This document shows positions 28,235 through 37,381 of a stretch of DNA of 64,000 nt, in pieces (the stretch's first letter is position 1; the number at the start of each line of letters is the position of its first letter). The notes under the pieces are model-generated. The model had not been told where the DNA came from, made no database searches, and saw only the letters and a list, made by a program, of their open reading frames with translations. This DNA is from Patescibacteria group bacterium. Its GTDB lineage: Bacteria; Patescibacteriota; Minisyncoccia; UBA6257; Colwellbacteraceae. The position numbers and the translations under genes were made by a program. Location of the stretch: contig JAMCRD010000005.1 of assembly GCA_023380475.1 (NCBI GenBank), positions 16,087-80,086 of the forward strand, read 5' to 3'.

Positions 28235-28321
28235 GGCGAGGTGGCTGAGAGGCCGAAGGCGCCGCACTCGAAATGCGGTATACTCGAAAGGGTATCGTGA
28301 GTTCGAATCTCACCCTCGCCG
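28235..28321 (+). tRNA. tRNA-Ser(CGA)
   Basis: GGCGAGG/CCTCGCC acceptor, G73, CCGCA-CTCGAAA-TGCGG anticodon arm, long variable arm. Confidence 0.95.
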
Positions 28322-28381
28322 CTGCGAAACAAATCCGGCAGTGACACTTTCATCCACTCGGAGCCGTGTTCCAATACCATA

Positions 28382-28597
28382 ATGCAAACTGATGAACAGC
28401 TTATTGCGGATTATCTGAGGGGTAACGAGCACGCGCTGCGCTTACTCATTGAGCGTTACCTCAAGCCAATTTACAACTTCGTTTATAGGTACACCGGGGA
28501 GTTCGGCAGTGCTGAAGAGATAGCGCAGGATGTTTTTGCCAAACGTGTTGCCAAAGTGCGAATTGTATATTGTATAATTAAGTGTATATGTCCTTAG
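28382..28597 (+). pseudogene. Truncated ECF sigma factor (region 2 only)
   Basis: TDEQLI...GNEHALRLLIERY...IYNFVYR...AEEIAQDVF then similarity ends; no region 4. Confidence 0.75.
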
Positions 28598-29790
28598 TCC
28601 CGAAAGATAAGCGAGGTTTCACTCTTATCGAGCTCCTTTTATATGTGGCTATATTCGCCATTTCGGCCGGGATAATAACCAGCGTTATGGTCAACGCTCT
28701 GCGTATTCAGGGCGGGGAGAACAGCTCCACCGAGGTAAGCAGCCAGCTTAACTACGTGCTGGCGACAGTGCAGCGATTGGTCCAGCAATCCAGCGAAATA
28801 GAGTATGCATACGAAGGTACTTCTACTAGCACCCCTTGCACGACGTTTTGCACACTCGAACTTAGAAATGCCAGCAGCACCCTTGATCCAACTTGGATAA
28901 CGTCCAATGCCAACGGAGTTTATGTCCAGCAAGGTGGGGGAACGCAGGGAGGAGGTACGGTAACGGCTATAACCAATAGCTTGATTACGGTTAATAATCT
29001 CAAATTCACCATTTACACTTTCCCTGGAGGCAATACCACTGTCCAAGTAAATGGATCCTTCGCATATAACACTTCTAATTCCGAACTGGCGGTGACCAAG
29101 ACGCTTGAATCAGCGATAGGGCGTGTTTCCGCCGCAACCTTTGACTCGGCGATATTGCCCACAGTTGATAACTCGCTGAGCATAGGACAGGGCGGTTCTT
29201 CCAATCTTAGGTGGCAAAATATTTATCTTGGTGGCACATTGTATCTTTCTACATCTAGCTTGTTGGGTCTAGGAACCAACTCTACAGACACAAGCGGCCT
29301 TTCATCGCCAGGATTCCTTTACTATAACACAGCGTCGAATACCCTTAGAGTTTTCAATGGTACGACGTGGAGTAACGTATCGCCGTTCGTGGTCAGTGGC
29401 ACGAGTACATATTTCACGGGCGGCAATGTTGGCATAAACACGTCCACTCCAGCCTCAACCTTAGATGTTAATGGTTCCCTATACAGTGAACTTTACGCTC
29501 CAACCTATTCCTCTTCGATGACAATAGATTGGAGTAAAGGTAACACTCAGAAGATAGTTCTCACCGGCAATGCCACCCTTACCTTTACCAACGGCCAGCC
29601 TGGCGGCAAATACAGTCTGATGCTGGTTCAGGATTCTACGGGCGGAAGAACCATTACATGGCCGTCAAACGTCAAATGGTCGGGAGGTACGGCGCCGACC
29701 CTCACCACTACGGCTAATAAAACAGACTTCGTAGGATTTATATTCGGCGGTAGTAACTACTACGGTGTTGGCACGGTACTGAACTTCTGA
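28588..29790 (+). CDS. Large minor pilin with phage-tail-fibre-like C-terminal modules
   Basis: KRG|FTLIELL prepilin cleavage site; later GFLYYNT...FNGTTW, GNVGINTSTPASTLDVNG and IDWSKGN...QDSTGGRTITWP...WSGGTAPTLTT motifs. Confidence 0.85.
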   Translation: MSLVPKDKRGFTLIELLLYVAIFAISAGIITSVMVNALRIQGGENSSTEVSSQLNYVLATVQRLVQQSSEIEYAYEGTSTSTPCTTFCTLELRNASSTLDPTWITSNANGVYVQQGGGTQGGGTVTAITNSLITVNNLKFTIYTFPGGNTTVQVNGSFAYNTSNSELAVTKTLESAIGRVSAATFDSAILPTVDNSLSIGQGGSSNLRWQNIYLGGTLYLSTSSLLGLGTNSTDTSGLSSPGFLYYNTASNTLRVFNGTTWSNVSPFVVSGTSTYFTGGNVGINTSTPASTLDVNGSLYSELYAPTYSSSMTIDWSKGNTQKIVLTGNATLTFTNGQPGGKYSLMLVQDSTGGRTITWPSNVKWSGGTAPTLTTTANKTDFVGFIFGGSNYYGVGTVLNF

Positions 29791-29801
29791 CGTTGGATAT
29801 T

Positions 29802-32800
29802 ATGAGTAAAGATAGGTTAAGAAAACTTTTGGGTGCGGCAACGATTGCGGCAGTACTATTATCTATCGTCTCGTTGGTAATACCTGTTAATTTTACTTTC
29901 GCGAGCAATCCGACGGTTACTTCCATCACTCCCAGTTTAGTTGTAAACAGCGGCACGCAGGCTATCTCGTCTGTCGGAGGAACCGGCTTTACTACTGAGA
30001 CGGGGCTCGTGGGTTTATGGAGCCTTGAGGGTAACGCCAATGATTCCAGTGGCAGTGGGAATAACGCCACCGGTTATAATGTGTCTTACGGAACCGCCTA
30101 TGGCAGGTTCGGACAGGGAGCGAGCTTCAACGGAAGCAGCAGCTACATTCAAACTCCCAACCTGTCAGCTATCAATTCTAATACCCAGCCTTATTCAGTC
30201 GCGGTATGGTTTAAAGCTGCGGCCGCGGGAGTAATCGTCGATGAAACCGGTTCGACGTCCATTAATTCGGGTTGGCACCAAAGCTTCATGGAGATCCTAT
30301 CGAGCGGCAGCGTTGCAGTAAGGGTGTATAACCTAAGTACCTTAACCGCTGGAACTGCAACTTTCAATACATGGAATCAAGTCGTATTGACTTATGACGG
30401 CACCACCGTCCGCAGCTACTTAAATGGTGTAGCCGGTGGGACCACAACCGGCACTAGGTCTAGTCCGGGGGCCAGCAGCTATGGAGAGTACTTGAACTTA
30501 GGAGCGACCGATTCTACCAACTTGGGGAGCGGCGCTTGGTTTAGTGGGTCTATCGATGAGTTCCGTGTGTACAGCCGCGTATTATCATCCACCGAGGTAA
30601 CGTCGCTCTATAACCAGAACGGTTTTATCCAAGTCCAGCTTACCAAAACTGGCCAATCGACAGTGACTTGTAATAGTTTCTTTCCGACGAATTCGACTAC
30701 TTTAAGCAATGGTTGGTGTCCGGTAAACAGCATTGCTACAGGACAGTGGAATGTTGTCGTTACAAATCCCGATAACGGTACGGCAACATTGGCCAACGGG
30801 CTTACTGTCACTGCGCCCACGTTTTCATACCGCCGGCCGATAACTGTAAACAACCAATATCCGGAGAATGGTGTGGTAGGAAACTGGCACCTGGACGGAA
30901 ACTCGCAGGACAGCTCTGGTAACGGAAATAATGGTACAGACACATCTGTCACATACGGAACCCAATACGGCAAATTCGGCCAGGGAGCGAGTTTCAATGG
31001 GAGCAATAGTCTTATTTCCCTTCCGAATGGAACTGGCGCCTCGGGAACAACGTGGACAGGTTCATATTGGATCAATTTTACGACTACAGTAAGTCCAAAC
31101 ATAGCCGTAGTATTTGCCGAAAAAAGTTCGAATACGGGGGCGTTTTTTTCGAACATCAATAGGACAGCGATTGGCGCCATTGAGTGTGCAATATATAATA
31201 ATAGTTCCAATTATTATGTCATTTCTGCATCGTCTGGATATAACGATGGTAAGTGGCACAATGTTGTTTGCGTTGAAAACGGTGCAACGCTTTATTTGTA
31301 TATTGATGGTATTCTAAGTAACTCTGGTCCTTCAAGTGGTTTTTCGGTTGTCTATAATTATGGATACCTGGGGGCAAATGGTGGCGGAACGTCTCTAAAC
31401 GGTTCTCTGGACGAGGTGCGTGTCTACAACCGTGCGCTTTCTCCAGCTGAAGTACAAGATCTCTATAGCTACAATACTTCGAGGGTAGCGCTCTCGAATT
31501 ACCCAGTACTTATTCAAAACCCAATCTACAATGAAACCGGTCTTGTGGGTAGCTGGCATATGGAAGGCAACTCGCAAGACAGCTCTGGCAACGGCAACAA
31601 TGGTACCGATACCAACGTGACCTATGGGACTTCGTACGGCGAGTTTGGAAAAGGGGCACACTTTGTAAATGCCTCGCAATCGAAAATCGTTGTTCCATAT
31701 AATTCGGCAATGAATGGAAACTCATGGAGTGTTTCTTTTTGGTTAAAGATAGATAGCGATGTTCCATCGGGGACCGCGATAGCGCGATGGAATTCTCAAG
31801 GTGGAGATGGCAGCAACATCTTTCTGGTTTATGCGAATACAACTGGTCTAACAGGCTTTGGAAGGAACTCATCTAATACCCAATACAGTGTTTCTTATAG
31901 TGGTTCGTTAACGTCTTGGACATATATTGCGATGGTTTGGGATACTTCTGGCGGTTATTTACGCCTTTATATCAATGGCGCAGCCGTATCACCGACTGCC
32001 ATTTCGGGGAATGCCCTAACTGGCACGAGTCCGCTTTGGATTGGAGACGGTTCTCCTAATCCATCAGACACATACACCATCAATGGTGAAATGGACGAGG
32101 TTCGTCTATACAATCGCGTCCTTACTTCAACAGAAATCGCCAATCTTTATGCAGCTCATGCCGCCTTAAATTACCAGGACGTTAGGTTCGTTGATTCTGA
32201 TGGTATAACTCAGCTAAATTTCTATCGTCCGATGGACGGTAAATTCTGGGTTGCAGTTCCCTCGATACCGGTCGGCGTTAAGACGATATATATAGAATAC
32301 GGGAGCTCAAGCGCGACAGATGCTTCTAATCCCGCGTATGCGCCGATGGGTTTAGTGGCAGATTGGAACATGGACGAACCTCTTGTTGGCACTTCGTATG
32401 ACTCAAGCGGCAATAATTATAACGGCACGGATACAAATACCGCTGTTGTTAGCGGTAAATTCGGCAACGCTCAGAGCTTTAACGGGAGCAGTAGCTATAT
32501 AGGTATACCTAATTTACAAACTGGATTATCGTCCATGACAATGAGTGTGTGGATAAATATAACTAATCTAAGTAATGGCGGTAATTTTATAGATTTTAGA
32601 AGTAATGGTGTTACGGCTACGATTCCCTCTATAGGTTTGGGAGTGCTAAGTAGCGGTGTTTTCTATATCTCAAAAGAAACAGCACCGAATTATACGTGGG
32701 AGCAGCTTAATTCAACATCTACCTACCCCATTAATACGTGGCATCATGTTGTTGGAACATACACCAATATTTCTGGGACAGGATACTTGAATCTTTATGT

Positions 32801-34826
32801 CGACGGCTCGCTTGCCGCAACTCAAATGTCTTTTGCTGACGCTGCGAATTCGGTGCCAGAACAGTATTCTACTATAGGAGGAACGAATCATGCCGCTATG
32901 CAAGAAAGTGCTTACCTAGATGAGATCCGTGTCTATAACACTGCCCTGTCTGCTACCCAGGTTCAGCAACTATATAACAACCCTACACTCACACTCGTAC
33001 TTTCCGAAGAACCCAATCCTACTTCTCCAACAGTGTCGACGGTGACGCCTCTTGTGGGATCTCCTACGGGCGGTACGCCTGTTACCATCGGCGGCAGTGG
33101 GTTCAATCAACTGTATCAGGTCCCGATAACTGTTACTAATAACGGCCCAGCCGTTAATGATTACCAAATCCTTGTCCAGAACCCGATTTATAATGAGACA
33201 GGTCTTGTTGGCAGTTGGCACCTAGAGGGTAACTCACTCGATTCTAGCGGTAATAACAATAACGGTACCGATTCCAACGTGACTTACGGTGCTGCATATG
33301 GCGAATATGGCCAGGGAGCTAGTTTTAATGGGAGTAGCAGCGGAATAAGCCTTGGAGCGCCATCTTCTCTTACTTCTCTTTCGGGCAGTTCGATTGTTCA
33401 ATTCGCGGCATGGATATACCTGAAGGCCGTTCCTACGTCTGGCAATAGATTTTATATTATCCGTCAGGGTCAAGAATCGACATCAATGTGGGGAATGAGT
33501 GTGCTTTCTCCCGATGGAACAAATGCCTATCTTACGTTTCGGTCTGCCGCTCCAGGTCAAAATGGGAGAGAGCAGATGTCAAATACGGCAATAACACTGA
33601 ATACGTGGCATTTTGTAACAGCAGAGGCACAAGGGGGGACCGCAACCGCTACTTTATACATCGATGGTGTACAACAGTCCCTAACCCTTGCCGATGGTTC
33701 CAATGCGAACTATGTTTTTTCGTCTTCTTCTGCAAATATTTACATCGGAAGGGATAGTTCTGGAAACTACTGGAATGGATATATAGATGAAGTCCGTGTT
33801 TATAACCGCGTTCTTTCTTCGACTGAAATTACCAATCTCTATCAAGCTCACGCAGCCCCTAATTATCAAAATGTTAGATTCTACGATTCGGATGGCGTGA
33901 CACCCTTGCCATATTGGATGCAACAAGATGGAATGTTTTGGGTACGCGTACCATACATACCAAATGGGAATAAGACTATTTATATCCGATACGGCAATGC
34001 GAATATGACCAGTGGGAGTAATGGCGACGATACATTTCTTATGTTTGATGATTTTAAAAATAATGTAATAGATACAAGTAAGTGGGTGACCCAAATAGCG
34101 GCCGGCTCAATCACAGAAGCTAACGGCTATCTGTCAATATATAGAAATACCGGCGGTACTAATACCATTCAGACAGTAACGGGGCTGTCTTTATCTAACT
34201 ATACCGTGGATTTCGCAGCAAGTGCCGCCTCCGTCGCCAGCAACATACAGCTTGGAATCATGGATGCTAATCAAGCCGATGGTAACGGCTTTTATCCATT
34301 TTTCACATCTGGGAATGTATTCAACATATACAAAAGAACTCCCGGGACATGGACTTTATTACAGGGCAGTGTCGGTAGTTATAATCCAGGCGTTTTCGCT
34401 AACTATAAGATGATTAAAAATGGTTCAAACTTCAGCTTCTATAATAGTAGTGGCCAGATTGGTTCTACGCAGACTATATCAGTTGGCAATATAACTTATT
34501 TATTGGCTCCGAGGGTCTGGAATGAATCTCCTGGAGAAGGCGGCACGCTTGATATTAATAACTTTAGAGTACGTAGATACGCAGCTGTCGAACCCACCAC
34601 TTCTGTCGGTTCCGAAATGGCCGTAGGACCAACGGTAACTTTCGGTGGTACAGCTGCTACCGGAGTTACTTACAACAGTTCCAGCAGTCTAGGTGCGACC
34701 ACGCCAGCCCATGCGCTTGGAGTTGTTGATGTACTTGTCACCAATCCTGATGGGGGGGTTGGTACGCTGACTGGCGGTTTTACGTACGGAGTTGCGTCCA
34801 ATGGCTTTTTCCTGTTATTCGATTAG
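29802..34826 (+). CDS. Giant secreted adhesin-like protein: 5 LamG-like, 2 DUF2341-like and 2 IPT/TIG domains
   Basis: Signal peptide; five G[LV]V..W.[LM][ED]...DSSG...DE.R.Y repeats; VRF.DSDG...FWV.VP.IP motifs; PTV...TP...G.GF and VVTNPD IPT halves. Confidence 0.88.
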   Translation: MSKDRLRKLLGAATIAAVLLSIVSLVIPVNFTFASNPTVTSITPSLVVNSGTQAISSVGGTGFTTETGLVGLWSLEGNANDSSGSGNNATGYNVSYGTAYGRFGQGASFNGSSSYIQTPNLSAINSNTQPYSVAVWFKAAAAGVIVDETGSTSINSGWHQSFMEILSSGSVAVRVYNLSTLTAGTATFNTWNQVVLTYDGTTVRSYLNGVAGGTTTGTRSSPGASSYGEYLNLGATDSTNLGSGAWFSGSIDEFRVYSRVLSSTEVTSLYNQNGFIQVQLTKTGQSTVTCNSFFPTNSTTLSNGWCPVNSIATGQWNVVVTNPDNGTATLANGLTVTAPTFSYRRPITVNNQYPENGVVGNWHLDGNSQDSSGNGNNGTDTSVTYGTQYGKFGQGASFNGSNSLISLPNGTGASGTTWTGSYWINFTTTVSPNIAVVFAEKSSNTGAFFSNINRTAIGAIECAIYNNSSNYYVISASSGYNDGKWHNVVCVENGATLYLYIDGILSNSGPSSGFSVVYNYGYLGANGGGTSLNGSLDEVRVYNRALSPAEVQDLYSYNTSRVALSNYPVLIQNPIYNETGLVGSWHMEGNSQDSSGNGNNGTDTNVTYGTSYGEFGKGAHFVNASQSKIVVPYNSAMNGNSWSVSFWLKIDSDVPSGTAIARWNSQGGDGSNIFLVYANTTGLTGFGRNSSNTQYSVSYSGSLTSWTYIAMVWDTSGGYLRLYINGAAVSPTAISGNALTGTSPLWIGDGSPNPSDTYTINGEMDEVRLYNRVLTSTEIANLYAAHAALNYQDVRFVDSDGITQLNFYRPMDGKFWVAVPSIPVGVKTIYIEYGSSSATDASNPAYAPMGLVADWNMDEPLVGTSYDSSGNNYNGTDTNTAVVSGKFGNAQSFNGSSSYIGIPNLQTGLSSMTMSVWINITNLSNGGNFIDFRSNGVTATIPSIGLGVLSSGVFYISKETAPNYTWEQLNSTSTYPINTWHHVVGTYTNISGTGYLNLYVDGSLAATQMSFADAANSVPEQYSTIGGTNHAAMQESAYLDEIRVYNTALSATQVQQLYNNPTLTLVLSEEPNPTSPTVSTVTPLVGSPTGGTPVTIGGSGFNQLYQVPITVTNNGPAVNDYQILVQNPIYNETGLVGSWHLEGNSLDSSGNNNNGTDSNVTYGAAYGEYGQGASFNGSSSGISLGAPSSLTSLSGSSIVQFAAWIYLKAVPTSGNRFYIIRQGQESTSMWGMSVLSPDGTNAYLTFRSAAPGQNGREQMSNTAITLNTWHFVTAEAQGGTATATLYIDGVQQSLTLADGSNANYVFSSSSANIYIGRDSSGNYWNGYIDEVRVYNRVLSSTEITNLYQAHAAPNYQNVRFYDSDGVTPLPYWMQQDGMFWVRVPYIPNGNKTIYIRYGNANMTSGSNGDDTFLMFDDFKNNVIDTSKWVTQIAAGSITEANGYLSIYRNTGGTNTIQTVTGLSLSNYTVDFAASAASVASNIQLGIMDANQADGNGFYPFFTSGNVFNIYKRTPGTWTLLQGSVGSYNPGVFANYKMIKNGSNFSFYNSSGQIGSTQTISVGNITYLLAPRVWNESPGEGGTLDINNFRVRRYAAVEPTTSVGSEMAVGPTVTFGGTAATGVTYNSSSSLGATTPAHALGVVDVLVTNPDGGVGTLTGGFTYGVASNGFFLLFD

Positions 34827-34891
34827 GATTGTCTGGCGTAAAAAGCCACATTGAGATAACTGTATAATCGCCTGTGTTATAATCTAGGCGC

Positions 34892-35977
34892 ATGTTTAAC
34901 GTTTTTAAGCCGCTGACGTCGTTGGTCAGCCATAAAAGTTATCTGGGGGTTGATATAGGCACCACTTCGATAAAAGTGGTTGAACTCAGCGATGCCAGCG
35001 AGAAACCGACTTTGAGGAACTACGGCGTTCTGGAAAGCTACGGTCACCTAGAGCGCCTTAACAACGCCATTCAGACGCCGACTCTCAAGATGCTGGATCG
35101 GGAAACAGCCGATTTGCTGATGACGCTGGTCAAGCAGCTTAATCTGAAGACAGTTGATGCCGTGGCCTCTCTCCCGTCATTCACAGCTTTTATGGCTCCA
35201 CTGGAAATGCCGGTGATGTCCTCTCAAGAAACTGTCCAGGCTATGCAGTATCAGGCTAGGCAGTTCGTTCCTCTCCCCATATCGGAAATCACCTTGGATT
35301 GGATTCCGGTGGGTGAGTATACCAACGAGAAGGGGAGCAAGATGCAACGTTTTTTCTTGATATCTGTTCCCAACGAGCAAATACGGAAATACCAGCGCAT
35401 CTTCAAAGCCGCTGGCCTTAACCTTATAGCCTTGGAGGTGGAGGATCTCAGTCTGGCCCGCATCCTGACCAGCGGTGATCCGACCCTCACCTTGATAGTC
35501 GATATTGGTGCACGTTCGACAGCAATCATGGTTGCTAAAAACGGGATCCTTAAGGGCAGCGGCCAGACCGACTTCGCTGGAGGTTCGCTGACTCAAGCCG
35601 TGTCAGGCGGTTTGGGCATAAACGTACGCCGGGCTGAGGAGCTCAAGAAACAAAGAGGCTTGATGGGCAGTGGGGGAGAGTACGAACTTTCCACTTTAAT
35701 GCTGCCCTTCTTGGATGTTATACTTAGTGAGGTTAAAAGGGTGCGGGACGATTATGAAAAAACGTATCGCGAGAAGATTGAACGCATCATAGTCTCAGGG
35801 GGAGGAGCTAACCTCTTGGGGATTGAGAAGTATATGGGTGATGCCTTCGGTCTGCCTGTGGCTAAGGCCGATCCGTTTTCTAAAATAATTTCCCCGCCGG
35901 AGGTAGCTCCGTTGGTTAGCGAGCTAGGACCACCTTTTTCCGTAGCAATCGGGCTCGGCATCAGACAATTTATATAG
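34892..35977 (+). CDS. pilM: Type IV pilus assembly protein PilM
   Basis: LGVDIGTTSIKVVEL, IVDIGARST, SGGGANL, AIGLG actin-like fold. Confidence 0.92.
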   Translation: MFNVFKPLTSLVSHKSYLGVDIGTTSIKVVELSDASEKPTLRNYGVLESYGHLERLNNAIQTPTLKMLDRETADLLMTLVKQLNLKTVDAVASLPSFTAFMAPLEMPVMSSQETVQAMQYQARQFVPLPISEITLDWIPVGEYTNEKGSKMQRFFLISVPNEQIRKYQRIFKAAGLNLIALEVEDLSLARILTSGDPTLTLIVDIGARSTAIMVAKNGILKGSGQTDFAGGSLTQAVSGGLGINVRRAEELKKQRGLMGSGGEYELSTLMLPFLDVILSEVKRVRDDYEKTYREKIERIIVSGGGANLLGIEKYMGDAFGLPVAKADPFSKIISPPEVAPLVSELGPPFSVAIGLGIRQFI

Positions 35978-35989
35978 GGACGCATAAAA

Positions 35990-36532
35990 ATGGCATACAC
36001 GCGGGATACAAACGAACAGTTTATGCAAGATCGTGTATCAGTAAGTTGGCCATGGAGGCTACTCCTCACAACCGGCGTTCTCTTGGGGTTCGTCTTGGTT
36101 GTATACGCTGGCCTGACATTGGGCTACGAGACTTATCTCAACAGCTCGATAAGTTCTCTGAATTCTAAACTTGATTCGCTAAGCTTGCAGGTGTCACCCG
36201 CGGATCGCCAGGGATTCACATCTTTTTATTCTCAGCTTACCAATCTCCAAAAATTGCTCGGTTCGCACGTGGTGTCCTCGCAGGTGTTTCCGCTGTTCGA
36301 AGGCATGACGGATCCGAATGTCGTGTACAATTCCTTCAACTTGTCCGTTCCAGACAACGCCGTGAGCATAAGCGGCACGGCTCAAGATTATGCCACGCTG
36401 GCCAACCAACTCTATCTATACAAACAATCCCCTCAAGTCAGCAGCGTTATTTTGGAAAGTTCTTCGCTGTCAGGTAAGGTCGTCGCCTTCACCATAAAAT
36501 TAACTCTCAACCATGCGGGCCTCAACTTATAG
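35990..36532 (+). CDS. PilN-like protein
   Basis: TM plus coiled coil, VSISGTAQDYATLANQ; directly after pilM. Confidence 0.7.
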   Translation: MAYTRDTNEQFMQDRVSVSWPWRLLLTTGVLLGFVLVVYAGLTLGYETYLNSSISSLNSKLDSLSLQVSPADRQGFTSFYSQLTNLQKLLGSHVVSSQVFPLFEGMTDPNVVYNSFNLSVPDNAVSISGTAQDYATLANQLYLYKQSPQVSSVILESSSLSGKVVAFTIKLTLNHAGLNL

Positions 36533-37082
36533 GTTAGCTTCCATATTGGGTAGTCTGGTTTTTCTCGTATTGGCGATCGTGTGTTATACGAGCTTGGTTG
36601 TGCCGGCTTATGATCAGGTCCAGAACTTGCGCGGCGAACAGACAGGTATCCAAACGACCATAGCTCAAGATCAGCAGGCGGTGTCTGTCGTCAACAACCT
36701 CTTGGGTCAGTATCAGAGCTTATCTCAATTCAGGGATAGTATATCGCAGGTACTGCCGACCGCGGACAACATGGACACGGCAGGCATTGTGTACCAGATT
36801 CAGGGCCTAGCTGGCTCGCGAGGGCTGACCCTGCAATCGCTTACCTTGCAGAATCTACCGACGCAGGCTATTTCGTCCGATCAGCTGGTCAGCCCCGTCG
36901 GATCCATCCAGATATCCCTGACGTTGAGCGGTCCTTACCAAAATTTCAAAGCATTCTTGGGAGACTTAGAAACTAACATCCGCCTTATGGATGTATCCTC
37001 TATAAATATCTCCGGTGGTGGTTCGGCTACCAACAGTAACCTTGTTTATGCGATGGTCGTTAAGACATATTATCAACAATAG
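36513..37082 (+). CDS. PilO-like protein
   Basis: TM, coiled coil, LSGPYQNFKAFLGDLETNIRLMDVSSI. Confidence 0.8.
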   Translation: MRASTYRLASILGSLVFLVLAIVCYTSLVVPAYDQVQNLRGEQTGIQTTIAQDQQAVSVVNNLLGQYQSLSQFRDSISQVLPTADNMDTAGIVYQIQGLAGSRGLTLQSLTLQNLPTQAISSDQLVSPVGSIQISLTLSGPYQNFKAFLGDLETNIRLMDVSSINISGGGSATNSNLVYAMVVKTYYQQ

Positions 37083-37084
37083 CC

Positions 37085-37381
37085 ATGGCCATAGTCGTCG
37101 AAGGCGAGAAGCAAAAAAGTCCCATAACCACTGTAGTGGTCGTGATTATCGTATTGATCATAGTGGCTTTCGGCAGTTACTATCTTTTCTTTAGCCCGGC
37201 CCCGGCTATTCAAAACATCGTAGTCCCGGCCGATCTCCAGTCGATAGATCAAACATCCAAGATCGATATAAGTGTGGTTCAATCTCTGGCGTCGTCGACT
37301 GCTTACACTAATCTGAAGGTACTGGTCCCACCCCAACAAGTTAATGGGTACGGTCGCTCTGATCCGTTTCAACCGTACTAA
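37085..37381 (+). CDS. Small TM pilus-associated protein (PilP position)
   Basis: N-terminal TM, ends in GRSDPF resembling the PilP RDPF motif. Confidence 0.65.
   Translation: MAIVVEGEKQKSPITTVVVVIIVLIIVAFGSYYLFFSPAPAIQNIVVPADLQSIDQTSKIDISVVQSLASSTAYTNLKVLVPPQQVNGYGRSDPFQPY

Noticed and set aside
29802-34826. Diversity-generating retroelement or shufflon target in the adhesin
   Set aside because: No reverse transcriptase or invertase in the window; repeat differences are synonymous rather than adenine-specific; no inverted cassettes seen
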